From positions 33,974-97,973 of the forward strand of contig JASFLY010000009.1 of assembly GCA_050117845.1 (NCBI GenBank): a stretch of 64,000 nt of DNA, in the 5' to 3' direction. The notes under the pieces are model-generated. The model was not told the origin of the DNA and did not search any database. It saw only the letters and a list, made by a program, of their open reading frames with translations. Positions 9,400 to 19,647 of the stretch are shown here, piece by piece. Origin of the DNA: Candidatus Zixiibacteriota bacterium. GTDB taxonomy: Bacteria > RBG-13-66-14 > B26-G2 > WVWN01. The first letter of the stretch is position 1; every line of letters starts with the position of its first letter. The position numbers and the translations under genes are program-made.

Positions 9400-10956
9400 T
9401 TACTCCGGCCCGGCGTCCCCCCGCTCCTCATCTTCACTTGAAGGCTCGGCCTCGGCCGAATCGGCGACGGCCTCTTCCTCGTCGCCGCTCTCGCCCGGGA
9501 CCTCTAACGTTTCGGTACCCTCTTCGGATTCGGCCTCCGGTTCGCCGCCGCCCTCTTCCGTCGGGGCATCTCCGGCGGGAGACGCCTCCGCCGTTTCTTC
9601 CTCGGCGGCGGTCCCGGCGTCGTCCTCTCCGTCCTTTTCCGTCGGGGCCGTATCCATATAATCCTCGGGTTTCGGCGCGGACAATCCCTGCTCGGCCAAT
9701 TCCGCGAGCTTCGTTTCGACTTTCCGCTTAAGCTCCTCGGCGCTCTTGGGGCCCAGGCCCGGGACGGCGGCCAGTTCCTCCAAATCCGCGGCCAGTATCT
9801 CGTCCGCGGAACCGAAACCCTCCTCGTACAACGCGAGGGCGGTCTTTTCGCCGATGCCCGGGAGCGAAATCAGGAAGTCGTAAGACGACGCCGCTTCCGC
9901 TTCCTCGCGCACGCCTAGTTCCTCGCGTTCGCGTTCGCTGATAATATCCAGATGCCACCCGATGAGCTTGGCGGCCAGGCGGACGTTCTGGCCGCCCCGG
10001 CCGATGGCGAGCGAAAGCTGGCCCTCCGGGACGACCACTACGATGTGGTGGGCGTCCTCGTCGACCTCTATGGCGGTTATCTGCGCCGGCGCCAGGGCGT
10101 TGCGAGTAAACTCCTCCACGCTCGAAGAGAATCTGACGATATCGACCTTCTCGCCGGACAGCTCGCGAACCACGGCCTGCACGCGGTACCCGCGCATCCC
10201 GACGCAAGTGCCGACGGGATCGACGTTCTTGTCCCGGCTCGACACCGCTATCTTGGACCGAGAACCCGGTTCCCGCGCGACGGCGTGGATCTTGACCAAA
10301 CCCTCGTATATTTCCGGGACCTCCAACTCGAACAGCTTCGACAGGAACTCCGGTTGGCCGCGCGATACGATTATCTGGGCGCCCTTCGTCGTCTCGCGGA
10401 CCTCCGTAAGGTAAGCGCGAACGCGGTCGCCGAGACGGTACTCCTCGCCGGGGAGCCGCTCGCGGTAAGGCATCACGGCCTCGGTCCGGCCGAGGTCGAG
10501 AACGATGGTCCCCTTCGACTCACGCTTGACGACGCCGCTGACGACCTCGCCGATGCGCTTCTGGTATTCGTCCAGGATTACGCTGCGCTCGGCTTCCCGG
10601 AGGCGCTGGATGACGACTTGCTTGGCGATTTGGGCGGCGTTACGGCCGAAAATGGAGGGCGAGATTTCCACGTCCATCTCGTCGCCCACTTCGGCCTCGG
10701 GGTCGATGGCCCGCGCTTCCTCCAGGCTCATCTCCAGCCCCGGCTTCGTGACTTCCTCGACCACCACGCGACGGGCCACGATGACGATATTGCCGTCCTC
10801 ATCCAGAAGGTGAATGTCCATTTCCGGTATGTTGAGGTGGCTTCGCCGGGAGGCCGAATTCAACGCCGCCTCCAGCGCTTCGATTACTATCTCGCGCTCG
10901 ATATCTTTCGCGCGCGCCAGTTGGTCCACCATTTCGTTGAGTTGGATTCCTTCCAT
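9400..10956 (-). CDS. nusA: Transcription factor NusA with HhH segment and acidic tail
   Basis: FGRNAAQIAKQV, LFELEVPEI, AREPGSRSKIAV, SLAIGRGGQNVRLA; C-terminal LPGIG/VPGLG HhH and E/D-rich tail. Confidence 0.98.
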   Translation of the reverse strand: MEGIQLNEMVDQLARAKDIEREIVIEALEAALNSASRRSHLNIPEMDIHLLDEDGNIVIVARRVVVEEVTKPGLEMSLEEARAIDPEAEVGDEMDVEISPSIFGRNAAQIAKQVVIQRLREAERSVILDEYQKRIGEVVSGVVKRESKGTIVLDLGRTEAVMPYRERLPGEEYRLGDRVRAYLTEVRETTKGAQIIVSRGQPEFLSKLFELEVPEIYEGLVKIHAVAREPGSRSKIAVSSRDKNVDPVGTCVGMRGYRVQAVVRELSGEKVDIVRFSSSVEEFTRNALAPAQITAIEVDEDAHHIVVVVPEGQLSLAIGRGGQNVRLAAKLIGWHLDIISEREREELGVREEAEAASSYDFLISLPGIGEKTALALYEEGFGSADEILAADLEELAAVPGLGPKSAEELKRKVETKLAELAEQGLSAPKPEDYMDTAPTEKDGEDDAGTAAEEETAEASPAGDAPTEEGGGEPEAESEEGTETLEVPGESGDEEEAVADSAEAEPSSEDEERGDAGPE

Positions 10957-10979
10957 AGTATTCCCAATCCTCGGCGCCG

Positions 10980-11504
10980 TTACCGCGCCTTTCGGCCGGG
11001 GCGGTTCTTTTTCCGCGGGCCCGCGGCCTTTTCGAATCCCGGTAGTTCCGGCTCGAGTCGGGCCTCGGCCACCGCCGCGAAATCGAATTCGTGGCGCCCG
11101 TCCTCGGCGTCCAGCTCGACCGTATCCTCTCCTACGTTAACGATTCGCCCTATAATTACCTTGGGTTTCATACCTTTCTTTATTTTAAAACGGGCCAACA
11201 TGCCCCGAAAACGGTAATAATCCTTCGGGCCGCGAAGGCGGCGATTGAGGCCGGGGGAAGAGACTTCGAGGTCGAAGTCCCCGCCCGGGAGGTCTTCCAG
11301 CTCGAGTCGGGCCCGGAGCCGGACGTTAACTTCGCTACAATCCTCCAGACTCACGTAGCCCTCGGGCCGGTCGAGAACGACCTGGATAATCCACGATTTC
11401 GGCCCCCGGTTAAGAGCCACGTCCCAAACGTCGAGGCCCAAAGCGCCGACCACCGACGCGGTAATCCCGCACACCTTCTCCCTTATGTCCTCGGCTAGTA
11501 CCAT
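10980..11504 (-). CDS. rimP: Ribosome maturation factor RimP
   Basis: SLEDC, LEVSSPGLNR; upstream of nusA. Confidence 0.95.
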   Translation of the reverse strand: MVLAEDIREKVCGITASVVGALGLDVWDVALNRGPKSWIIQVVLDRPEGYVSLEDCSEVNVRLRARLELEDLPGGDFDLEVSSPGLNRRLRGPKDYYRFRGMLARFKIKKGMKPKVIIGRIVNVGEDTVELDAEDGRHEFDFAAVAEARLEPELPGFEKAAGPRKKNRPGRKAR

Positions 11505-11509
11505 TACAG

Positions 11510-12565
11510 TCAGTCCAATTTGCCCAGTTCTTCGAGCAACGCGGCGACGAGTTTTTCCTCGTCGACGGGCCGCACGATTTCGCCCCGGCGGTAAACGACG
11601 CCGCGGCCTTTGCCGCCTGCGATGCCGACGTCGGCCTCACGGGCTTCTCCCGGGCCGTTCACCGCGCACCCCATAACCGCGACCACGACGTCGCGCGTCT
11701 CGCCGTTCAAACTCTCGGCCACGCTGCGGGCGAGGGCGGCTATGTCCACCTGGGCCCGGCCGCACCCGGGACAGGATATCAAGGTCGGGCCGCGGCGCCG
11801 GAGGTCCAGCGTCCGCAGGATTTCGTAAGCCACCGCCACTTCCCGGGCGGGTTCGTCCGTCAACGAAACGCGAACGGTGTCGCCCAGCCCCGCGGCCAGG
11901 ATAAGCGCCAGGCCGGCGGCGGACCGTACAACCCCGGCGTCGCCGAAACCGGCCTCGGTTATGCCGACGTGGAGCGGGTACGGCAACCGCTCGGCGATGA
12001 GACGATTCGCTTCCAGCGTCAGCGCCGGCAACGTGGCCTTGGCGGACATTATAAGATCCTCGACGCCGACGTCCTCCAGGCGGCGAGCGGCGGCGACCGC
12101 GCTCGCGGCCATGGCCTCGGCGGTCCGGCCGCCGTACTCCTCGACGACGGCTTCGTCCAACGAACCGGCGTTCACGCCGACCCGCGCCGGGACGCCCCGC
12201 GCCGCCATCTCCCGGCCCACGTCGATCCAATGCTCGAGCCGGGTAATGTTGCCCGGGTTGAGTCGGATGGCCGCGGCCCCCGCGTCGAGACAGGCCAGGG
12301 CGAGACGGTGGTCGAAATGGATGTCGGCCATAAGCGGGAACGGGGCCCGCCGGGTCAACTCTCCGAAGGCGGCGGCCGCGTCCAGATCGGGAACTGCCGC
12401 TCGGGCCAATTCGCACCCGGCTTCGGCCATCGCTTCCAGTTGGGCCAGCGTCGCGCCGACGTCGCGAGTATCGGTTTTGGCCATGGACTCGACGCGCACG
12501 GGTTCGCCGCCGCCGAGGGCCACGGCTCCCACTTTTACCCTTTTCGTCCGGTCCCGTGTGTACAC
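11510..12565 (-). CDS. ispG: (E)-4-hydroxy-3-methylbut-2-enyl diphosphate synthase
   Basis: ADIHFD, RLNPGN, RVGVNAGSL, PLHVGITEAG, GDTVRVSL, CPGCGR, MGCAVNGPGE. Confidence 0.97.
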   Translation of the reverse strand: MYTRDRTKRVKVGAVALGGGEPVRVESMAKTDTRDVGATLAQLEAMAEAGCELARAAVPDLDAAAAFGELTRRAPFPLMADIHFDHRLALACLDAGAAAIRLNPGNITRLEHWIDVGREMAARGVPARVGVNAGSLDEAVVEEYGGRTAEAMAASAVAAARRLEDVGVEDLIMSAKATLPALTLEANRLIAERLPYPLHVGITEAGFGDAGVVRSAAGLALILAAGLGDTVRVSLTDEPAREVAVAYEILRTLDLRRRGPTLISCPGCGRAQVDIAALARSVAESLNGETRDVVVAVMGCAVNGPGEAREADVGIAGGKGRGVVYRRGEIVRPVDEEKLVAALLEELGKLD

Positions 12566-12570
12566 TTAAA

Positions 12571-13899
12571 CTAACCCCATCCCACCAGTCGCCGGAAATC
12601 CGCGAAGAGCGCCACCAGGAGTATCGCGCCCAGGAGCACCATACCGATAAAACTAATGCGCCCGCGCGCCTCGGCCGACATATTCTTCCGCCGAATAGTC
12701 TCGAATACGCCGATGACGATATGGCCGCCGTCGAGCACCGGTATCGGCAACAAGTTCAACATCCCGAGCATTACGGATAAAATCCCCATGTACTCCAGGT
12801 ACGGGATGACCCCCGCTCGTGCCGTTTCCCCGGCGTAGCGGGCGATGGTAAGGGGGCCGCCCAGGGCCTTCGTAACCTTAACCTTTCCCCGGAAGACAAG
12901 TATCATGCCGCGGGCGGTCCCGGCGGTAGCCTCCCAGGTACGCGCCGCGCCCGCCGGTATGGCGGTAAGCCAGGTCTCGGACACCTTAACCTCGACGAAG
13001 CCGCAAGCGACGCCGAGGTCTTTTAAGAACGCCTCCGGGTCCTCGCCGTCGTATTCGACGGCGACGGTCAGCGGTTCCCCATTTGCCTTCTCGAAGCCTA
13101 TGAGGTGGCGACCGGCAGGCAGGCCGTCCAGACCTTTAATGAAGTCGTTAAAAGTAGCCGTGGGCCGGCCGCCGAAGGAAACGACCTTATCACCCGGGAC
13201 GATGCCGGCTTTATCCGCGAGGCTGTCCTCCAAAACATTGGAGACGTCGTTGGCCTGATACGGAACGAGGCCGACGAAACCCTGCCCCGAATCGGGGTCG
13301 AGGGCCGGCTTGGCCTCCAGAACCACGGTACGGTCGCCGCGGCGCACGTCGAACGAGAGTCGTTTGCCCGCGTTCGTCTTTACGATACGTTGGATGTCGT
13401 ACCAGTGAGGCGTCGGTTTGCCGTCGACGGCCAGGATAACGTCTCCGACCTCGAATCCGGCCGCCCGGGCGGGCGCCACGATCTCGTTCTCCCCCACCTG
13501 CACCTTATCCAGGACCTCGTCGACGCGATTCGGGAACGTATGCACGGTGTACCCGGCCTTGCCCACCACGGCGAAGACCAATACCGCCAATACGAAGTTC
13601 ATCGCCGGCCCGGCGAACGCCACGATCATGCGGACCCAAGGGGGCTTGGACAGGAACTCGTCGGGTTTGCCCTCGCGTTCGCTTTCGTCGCTGCCGGCCA
13701 TCTTGACGTAACCGCCCAGGGGTACGAGCGACAACGCGTACTCCGTCCCGCGCCACTTGAAGCTGAAGAGGACCTTCCAGAAGCCGAGCGAGAAACGCAA
13801 TACCCGTATCCCGGACAGTTTCGCGGCGGCGAAGTGGCCGGCCTCGTGCGCCACGACGAGGACGCTCAAAAGAATTATGGTTGCGGGTATGGTTATCAC
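12571..13899 (-). CDS. rseP: RIP (M50) intramembrane metalloprotease with PDZ domains
   Basis: HEAGH, PLGGYVKM, AGPAMNF, NLLPIPVLDGGH. Confidence 0.96.
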   Translation of the reverse strand: MITIPATIILLSVLVVAHEAGHFAAAKLSGIRVLRFSLGFWKVLFSFKWRGTEYALSLVPLGGYVKMAGSDESEREGKPDEFLSKPPWVRMIVAFAGPAMNFVLAVLVFAVVGKAGYTVHTFPNRVDEVLDKVQVGENEIVAPARAAGFEVGDVILAVDGKPTPHWYDIQRIVKTNAGKRLSFDVRRGDRTVVLEAKPALDPDSGQGFVGLVPYQANDVSNVLEDSLADKAGIVPGDKVVSFGGRPTATFNDFIKGLDGLPAGRHLIGFEKANGEPLTVAVEYDGEDPEAFLKDLGVACGFVEVKVSETWLTAIPAGAARTWEATAGTARGMILVFRGKVKVTKALGGPLTIARYAGETARAGVIPYLEYMGILSVMLGMLNLLPIPVLDGGHIVIGVFETIRRKNMSAEARGRISFIGMVLLGAILLVALFADFRRLVGWG

Positions 13900-13907
13900 T
13901 ATACCGC

Positions 13908-14189
13908 CTACTGGTAATAATCCTCTTCGATTTCAAAATAGAACAACGTCGAAGCGTCCTCGGCTATCTCCCATTCCGCCGTCGATATCGATTGGGCGAA
14001 ATCTTCCATGGCGTCCGAGAACTCCTCGGCGTTGGCGCGGTAGTCCGCCAGCGCTATCTCTATTTCGTCTCGCAAGCTGTCCAGGTTCTCACTGAAGCAC
14101 ACGATACCGGCGGGCAGGATACGGGCCATGTAACCGCCGGCGTGCGGGTAGATGAGAGCCACGAGTTTGCCGCTTTTATCGGTCGTCAT
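13908..14189 (-). CDS. Small acidic protein, HicB-like N-terminal pattern
   Basis: Fills the gap between TPR gene and rseP; LVALIY..GGYMARI..GIVCFSENLDSLRDEIEIAL resembles the HicB beta-beta-beta-alpha pattern. Confidence 0.6.
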   Translation of the reverse strand: MTTDKSGKLVALIYPHAGGYMARILPAGIVCFSENLDSLRDEIEIALADYRANAEEFSDAMEDFAQSISTAEWEIAEDASTLFYFEIEEDYYQ

Positions 14190-14191
14190 CG

Positions 14192-14836
14192 TTATTCCCC
14201 GTAGACGTTTTTTTCCAATTTGCGGATATATTTCTCGAGATCATCGCTGGTCCCGAAAACACCTATCTCACCGGCGGACGCGAACGCGCCGGTGCTGTAG
14301 TCCAAGATTTTCTTGTATTGTTCCAGGGCGTCCTTTTTCCGGCCGACCATCTCGTACGCCTGTCCCAGATACCATAAACCGTTGTAGTCGTACGGCGAGG
14401 CCGCAACGTATTCCTCGAAGGTCTTCACGGCCTCGTCCCATCGCCGGAGGCCCAGTTGGGCCCGGCCCATCTGATATCGGGCGCGGATGAGGTTTTCGTC
14501 GAGGCCCAGCGCCCGGCGGTACGAATCTATGGCGGTTCCGAGTTCGTCGTCCGCCAGGTAAACCTCGGCCAGACGGAAATGCAGGTTAGCGTCACCCGGG
14601 TCGAGGCCGATGGCCATAATATAGGCGTCCGCCGCCGCGCGCCAATCCTTGATATTCTCGTACTCCAGCGCCAGCTCGAAGTACAGGTCGGCGTTGTTGG
14701 GGTCGGCCGCGATGTCCGCTTTAATGTCTTCGATGTTACCGGCGAACGCGGCGCCGCCGTGGAGCGTTACCACATATATCAACGACGAGACGACGACGGA
14801 TCGTATCGCCACAATAGCCTTAGTTTTGTTAGGCAT
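14192..14836 (-). CDS. Exported TPR protein
   Basis: Signal-like N-terminus and several TPR units (DPNNADLYFELA, DPGDANLHFRLA, ARYQMGRA, LWYLGQAY); overlaps dxr end. Confidence 0.85.
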   Translation of the reverse strand: MPNKTKAIVAIRSVVVSSLIYVVTLHGGAAFAGNIEDIKADIAADPNNADLYFELALEYENIKDWRAAADAYIMAIGLDPGDANLHFRLAEVYLADDELGTAIDSYRRALGLDENLIRARYQMGRAQLGLRRWDEAVKTFEEYVAASPYDYNGLWYLGQAYEMVGRKKDALEQYKKILDYSTGAFASAGEIGVFGTSDDLEKYIRKLEKNVYGE

Positions 14837-16001
14837 GTCCCGCCACCTTCTGCGCCGCCTCGGCCGCCCGGCGCCGGGCCCAGGCGTCTACGGCGGCGAC
14901 CTCTTCGTATCCCCCAATGTTTCCGTCCGGAGCCTCCGCCACCGTCGCGGCAATGACCTCCGGAATGGCGCCGAAAGGTATCTCGCCCGAGAGAAAGCTC
15001 CCGACCGCCGCCTCGTCCGCGGCGTTCATGGCCGCGGGCTTCAGGCCGCCGGCGCGTCCGGCGTCGAGCGCCAGGCCGAAGCACGGGAAACGCTCCGGGT
15101 CCGGCCGGGCGAAATCGAGCCTCCCGATCGCCGCGAGTTCGAGCGCGGTCGCGGGGAAGTGGATTTCCCGCCGGTCGGGGTACGTCAACGCGTACTGTAT
15201 CGGCAGCCGCATGTCCGCGGCCGCCAGTTGCGCGATGAAAGAACCGTCCGCCAGCTCGACGAGCGAGTGCACTATCGACTGCGGATGAATCAGGACATCG
15301 ATGCGGTCGTACGGCATGTCGAACAGCCAGTAGGCCTCGATGACCTCCAGGCCCTTGTTCATCAGCGTCGCGGAGTCCACCGATATCTTGGCGCCCATGT
15401 CCCACACCGGATGGGCTATGGCCTCCTGGGGCGTAACGTGGGCGACCTCCTCCCGGCTCTTTCCGAGGAACGGGCCGCCCGAAGCCGTCAGGATGAGCCG
15501 CCGGACGCTCTCGCCGTCCCGGCCTTCCAGGCATTGCGCCAGCGCGGCGTGTTCGCTGTCGACCGGGAATATCCTGCCCCCGCCGGCCCGCCGGGCCTCC
15601 CGGACCAGCGGCCCCCCGGCGACGAGCGACTCCTTGTTCGCCAGCGCCACGTCCTTGCCGGCCTCGAGCGCTGCCAGCGTGGGCGCGAGGCCCGCGAAGC
15701 CGGCGATGGCCACCAGGACGAGCTCCGACTCCGGAACCGTCGCCGCGGCCGTCGCGGCGTCGTCGCCGACGCGGACGTCGAAACCCTCCGAGCGCAGGGG
15801 CTCGAGGGCCCGGGCCTGCTCGGCGTCGCTTACGGCCACGAGCCGGGGGCGGAAGGCGCGAGCCTGCTCCAAAAGCAGCCGGACGTTATGCCCCGCCGAC
15901 AGCGCGACGACCTCTATCTCGTCGCCGAGCGTCGTGACCACCTCGAGCGCGCTCCGCCCGATGGACCCGGTTGACCCTAATATGCTAACGCGTTTCGCCA
16001 T
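14829..16001 (-). CDS. dxr: 1-deoxy-D-xylulose 5-phosphate reductoisomerase
   Basis: ILGSTGSIG, LANKESLV, PVDSEH, LTASGGPF, HPVWDMGAKISVDSATLMNKGLE. Confidence 0.98.
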   Translation of the reverse strand: MAKRVSILGSTGSIGRSALEVVTTLGDEIEVVALSAGHNVRLLLEQARAFRPRLVAVSDAEQARALEPLRSEGFDVRVGDDAATAAATVPESELVLVAIAGFAGLAPTLAALEAGKDVALANKESLVAGGPLVREARRAGGGRIFPVDSEHAALAQCLEGRDGESVRRLILTASGGPFLGKSREEVAHVTPQEAIAHPVWDMGAKISVDSATLMNKGLEVIEAYWLFDMPYDRIDVLIHPQSIVHSLVELADGSFIAQLAAADMRLPIQYALTYPDRREIHFPATALELAAIGRLDFARPDPERFPCFGLALDAGRAGGLKPAAMNAADEAAVGSFLSGEIPFGAIPEVIAATVAEAPDGNIGGYEEVAAVDAWARRRAAEAAQKVAGHA

Positions 16002-16014
16002 AACTTATTCTTTT

Positions 16015-16821
16015 TTACCCGACCCGACCCAAAACGACCAGTACGCCGAAGAAGAGCGGGGCGCAATACAGGACCGCGTCGAACCGGTCCAGGATGCCGC
16101 CGTGGCCGGGCAGGATGCCGCCGCTGTCCTTGACGCCGGCGTCGCGTTTCAACGCCGACTCGGCCAGGTCGCCGACCATGTCCCCGGCGGCCAGAACCGC
16201 GCCCGCCAGAAGGGCCCCCGCCCATCCCAGGCCGGTTTCCCGAAAGACGAAAAGCGTAAGCACTACCGGGACCGCGAGGCCGGCGGCGGTGCCGCCCACG
16301 GCGCCCGCGACCGTCTTTCCGGGACTTATACTCGGCGCCAGTTTCCGTTTTCCAAAAGCCCGCCCCACGAAATAAGCCGCGATATCGATGCACCAAATAG
16401 TAATAAAAAATATTAACAGTAATTCCACGCCGGCGGCCATTTTGCGGATCAGCACCAGGAACGCCAAAAAGGCCGGAACGTACGCGAACGCCAGCAGGCT
16501 GGCACCGGCGTCGACGGCCGCGTTCGCGGCGTCATTGCGGAACACCGGGATGGCAACCACGGCCAACGTCAGGGCCGCCGCGGCCCCCGCCGCCAGGGCC
16601 GGCCGGTACGCCAGCGCCGCCAGAAATACCCCGCCCGCAATCATCGTTGCGAAACGGTGGGGCCGGCGGCCGGTGGCCTCCAGCACGCCGAACATCTCGA
16701 GGAGCGCGACGGCCGCGATGGCCTCCAGGTACACCACGAAATGCCACGGCCTCCCCCAAATGATTACTATAAGGTGTACCGGCAACCACAACGCCGCGGT
16801 CAGGACGCGCGCCGCCAGCAT
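16015..16821 (-). CDS. cdsA: Phosphatidate cytidylyltransferase
   Basis: Hydrophobic; SPGKT, GDLAESALKRDAGVKDSGGILPGHGGILDRFD; ATG at 16821 overlaps uppS stop (TAATG). Confidence 0.96.
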   Translation of the reverse strand: MLAARVLTAALWLPVHLIVIIWGRPWHFVVYLEAIAAVALLEMFGVLEATGRRPHRFATMIAGGVFLAALAYRPALAAGAAAALTLAVVAIPVFRNDAANAAVDAGASLLAFAYVPAFLAFLVLIRKMAAGVELLLIFFITIWCIDIAAYFVGRAFGKRKLAPSISPGKTVAGAVGGTAAGLAVPVVLTLFVFRETGLGWAGALLAGAVLAAGDMVGDLAESALKRDAGVKDSGGILPGHGGILDRFDAVLYCAPLFFGVLVVLGRVG

Positions 16822-17588
16822 TACGCCCCCCGTGCCTCCCCGGCCGAAACCCGGCCGTAGCGCCGGTCCCGCTCCAGGTAATCGACCAACGCCGCGTACA
16901 TATGTTTGGCCCGGAAGTCCGGCCACAGCACGTTGGTCACGTAAATCTCGGCGTACGCGATTTCCCACAGGAGGAAATTCGACACGCGGACCTCGCCGCT
17001 CGTGCGTATCAACAGGTCCGGGTCGGGATGGTCGGGCGCGTACAGGTGCCGGCTGATGGCGTCCTCGTCTATTTCCCGGGCGCCGTTGGCGGCGAGGCGC
17101 CTGGCGGCGTCCACTATCTCCGCCCGGCCGCCGTACCCCAACGCGAGCGTCAGCGTCATCTTGTCGAAAGCCTCCGTCAACGCCCTCGTCTCGTCGAGTT
17201 CGGCACGGACGTCGGCCGGCAAGCGCTCGAGGTGACCTATGGCCTGAAACCGTATCTCTTTATCGATTAACTCGTCGCGCTCGCCGACGAGGTAATTCTT
17301 CAAAAGCTTCATCAGCGCCTGGACTTCCAGTTTTGGCCGGTCCCAGTTCTCGCTGGAGAAGGCGTAGAGCGTCAGGTATTTAACGCCGACTTCCCGGCAG
17401 GCGGTCACCGATTCCCGCACGGCCTTGACGCCGGCCTGGTGGCCGCGCACCCGGGCGAAACCTCGCCCCTGGGCCCAGCGGCCGTTCCCGTCCATGATGA
17501 CGGCGACGTGGGCCGGGAGCTCCGCCCCTTCCAGTCGGGAGCGCAGTTCCTCCTCGTCGAGTTCCTCCCATTTGTTTATTATCTCCAT
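16821..17588 (-). CDS. uppS: Isoprenyl transferase (undecaprenyl diphosphate synthase)
   Basis: HVAVIMDGNGRWA, YAFSSENW, YGGRAEI, DLLIRTSGE-RVSNFLLW; probable ATG at 17588. Confidence 0.96.
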   Translation of the reverse strand: MEIINKWEELDEEELRSRLEGAELPAHVAVIMDGNGRWAQGRGFARVRGHQAGVKAVRESVTACREVGVKYLTLYAFSSENWDRPKLEVQALMKLLKNYLVGERDELIDKEIRFQAIGHLERLPADVRAELDETRALTEAFDKMTLTLALGYGGRAEIVDAARRLAANGAREIDEDAISRHLYAPDHPDPDLLIRTSGEVRVSNFLLWEIAYAEIYVTNVLWPDFRAKHMYAALVDYLERDRRYGRVSAGEARGA

Positions 17589-17750
17589 ACGTTGTCCCGG
17601 TTTACGGCCCGCGCGCAACTGCTTGCCGTCGGAACCCCTCTCGCCGCCCGGCCGCGGCAGGGCAAACAAAAAAGGACACGCACCAATCGCAAAACCAGCC
17701 GGCGGGTCCCTTTTAGAAGCTATTCAATTGGTAGAAGAGTCAGGCCATAT

Positions 17751-18311
17751 TTATATCTCCAGAACCTCTTCTTCCTTCGCTTCTAGAAGGGTATCTACCC
17801 GCTCAATATATTCGTCCGTCAACTCCTGGACTTTTTCCATAAGACGCTGAGCATCGTCTTCGGATATTTCGCCGTCTTTCTGTGCTGCTTTCAACGCTTT
17901 ATTCGCGTCGCCGCGGACCCGCCGAATAGACACTTTACCTTCCTCGGCCAACTTCTTCACCAGCTTCACGAGGTCCCGCCGGCGCTCCTCGGTGAGGGGC
18001 GGAATGTTGATGCGGATGATGTTGCCGTCGTTGGTCGGCGTCAGGCCCAGGTCGGACTGGTATATCGCCCTCTCGACGTCCTTGATAATGGACTTATCCC
18101 AGGGCTGGACGACGACGGTGCGGGCGTCCGGGACGGAAATTGTGGCCACCTGCTTCAACGGCATCCGCTGGCCGTAGGACTCCACCGAGATGCGGTCGAG
18201 CAAAGTAACGGAAGCGCGGCCGGTGCGGATGGACGAGAACTCGCGCTCCGTCGCCGAAGTGGCCGATTCCATTTTGCTTTCCGTCTTCTTAAGGATGTCG
18301 TCTGCTTCCAC
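17751..18311 (-). CDS. frr: Ribosome recycling factor
   Basis: IRTGRAS, QPWDKS, IPPLTEERRRDL. Confidence 0.98.
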   Translation of the reverse strand: MEADDILKKTESKMESATSATEREFSSIRTGRASVTLLDRISVESYGQRMPLKQVATISVPDARTVVVQPWDKSIIKDVERAIYQSDLGLTPTNDGNIIRINIPPLTEERRRDLVKLVKKLAEEGKVSIRRVRGDANKALKAAQKDGEISEDDAQRLMEKVQELTDEYIERVDTLLEAKEEEVLEI

Positions 18312-18317
18312 GGCCGC

Positions 18318-19034
18318 TCACCCCACGTACGTTCCGATTTTTTCTCCTCGGATTATTTTGGCAACGTTACCCGTTTCGCGTAAATCAAAAACCACAACGG
18401 GGATTTCGTGGTCACGACACAGCGCCGCCGCGGCGGCGTCCATGACCCTCAAATCCCGGGCGATTACCTCGTCGAACGAGAGGGACTCGTACATCCGGGC
18501 TTCGGGGTTGTCTTCCGGGTCGCTGTCGTAAACGCCCGGCACGTCCGTCCCCTTCAAAATGGCGTCGGCCTCTATCTCGCAGGCCCGCAGGGCCGCGGCG
18601 GTATCGGTCGAAAAAAGCGGCCTTCCGGTTCCGCCCGCGAATATCACGGCCGCGCCGCCCTCCAGAAGATCCAGGGCCCGACGCCGGGAGTAGCGTTCGC
18701 AACATTCACCGACGCCGAAGGACGACAGCACCTCGGCCGAAACGCCTTGCCCGTCCAAACCCTCTTTTAAAGCCAGGGCGTTAATGACGGTGGCCAACAT
18801 GCCCATGTAGTCGACGGGGACCTGCGGCCACCCCATTTCGCGAGCCTCGCGCCCCCGGACGATGTTCCCCCCGCCGATAACTACCGCCGCCTGTGCGCCC
18901 GTCTCGCAAGCGTCCGCTATTTCCCGGGCGACGTACGACACCTTTTCCGGCGCCAGGCCGGCCTCTCCCTCTCCGGCCAAAGCGCCGCCGGACAATTTCA
19001 ACAGGACGCGTCGATATGCGGCGGCCCCGGCCAT
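18318..19034 (-). CDS. pyrH: UMP kinase
   Basis: RVLLKLSG, VIGGGNIVRG, DYMGMLATVIN, STDTAAALRA, VMD. Confidence 0.97.
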   Translation of the reverse strand: MAGAAAYRRVLLKLSGGALAGEGEAGLAPEKVSYVAREIADACETGAQAAVVIGGGNIVRGREAREMGWPQVPVDYMGMLATVINALALKEGLDGQGVSAEVLSSFGVGECCERYSRRRALDLLEGGAAVIFAGGTGRPLFSTDTAAALRACEIEADAILKGTDVPGVYDSDPEDNPEARMYESLSFDEVIARDLRVMDAAAAALCRDHEIPVVVFDLRETGNVAKIIRGEKIGTYVG

Positions 19035-19038
19035 CGGC

Positions 19039-19632
19039 CTATTCCCCCAGTTTAAACCGGGCGAACCTCCCGATGACTATGTTCTCGCCCAACTTCGCGA
19101 CCGTTTCCTCGACGTACTCCCTGACGGTCTTGTCCGGGTCTTTCACGTACGCCTGTTCGAGGAGGGTCCGTTCGGCGATGAATTTCTTGAGCCGACCCTC
19201 GACTATCTTCTCGATTATATTATCCGGCTTGCCCTGCTCACGGGCCTGCTCGGCCGCGATGTTGCGTTCGCCTTCGAGTACGTCCGGCGGGAACTCCTCG
19301 GCCGTCACCGCCACCGGGTCGGCCGCGGCCACGTGCATCGCGATGTCCTTGACGAACGCCCGAAATTCGTCCGTCCGAGCGACGAAGTCGGTCTCGCAAT
19401 TAATCTCTACCAGTACGCCCAATTTATCGCCGGGGTGGATGTAGGAGGCAATCAAGCCCTCGCCCGTCGCGCGGCCGGCTTTCTTCTTCGCCGCGGCCAG
19501 GCCCTTAACCCTAAGGTATTCCACGGCCCGATCGTGGTCTCCGCCGCATTCCTGGAGGGCCCGTTTGCAGTCCATCATGCCGGCGCCGGTCCGTTCGCGG
19601 AGTTTTTTTACTTCCGTCGCCTCAATCGCCAT
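19039..19632 (-). CDS. tsf: Elongation factor Ts (short form)
   Basis: VKKLRERTGAGMMDCK, EINCETDFVA. Confidence 0.98.
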   Translation of the reverse strand: MAIEATEVKKLRERTGAGMMDCKRALQECGGDHDRAVEYLRVKGLAAAKKKAGRATGEGLIASYIHPGDKLGVLVEINCETDFVARTDEFRAFVKDIAMHVAAADPVAVTAEEFPPDVLEGERNIAAEQAREQGKPDNIIEKIVEGRLKKFIAERTLLEQAYVKDPDKTVREYVEETVAKLGENIVIGRFARFKLGE

Positions 19633-19647
19633 AACTTATCCTCTCAA

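Noticed and set aside
8600..9700. E/A/K/P-rich stretches in infB and nusA as repeats or insertions
   Set aside because: Ordinary low-complexity linker and tail regions of these proteins.
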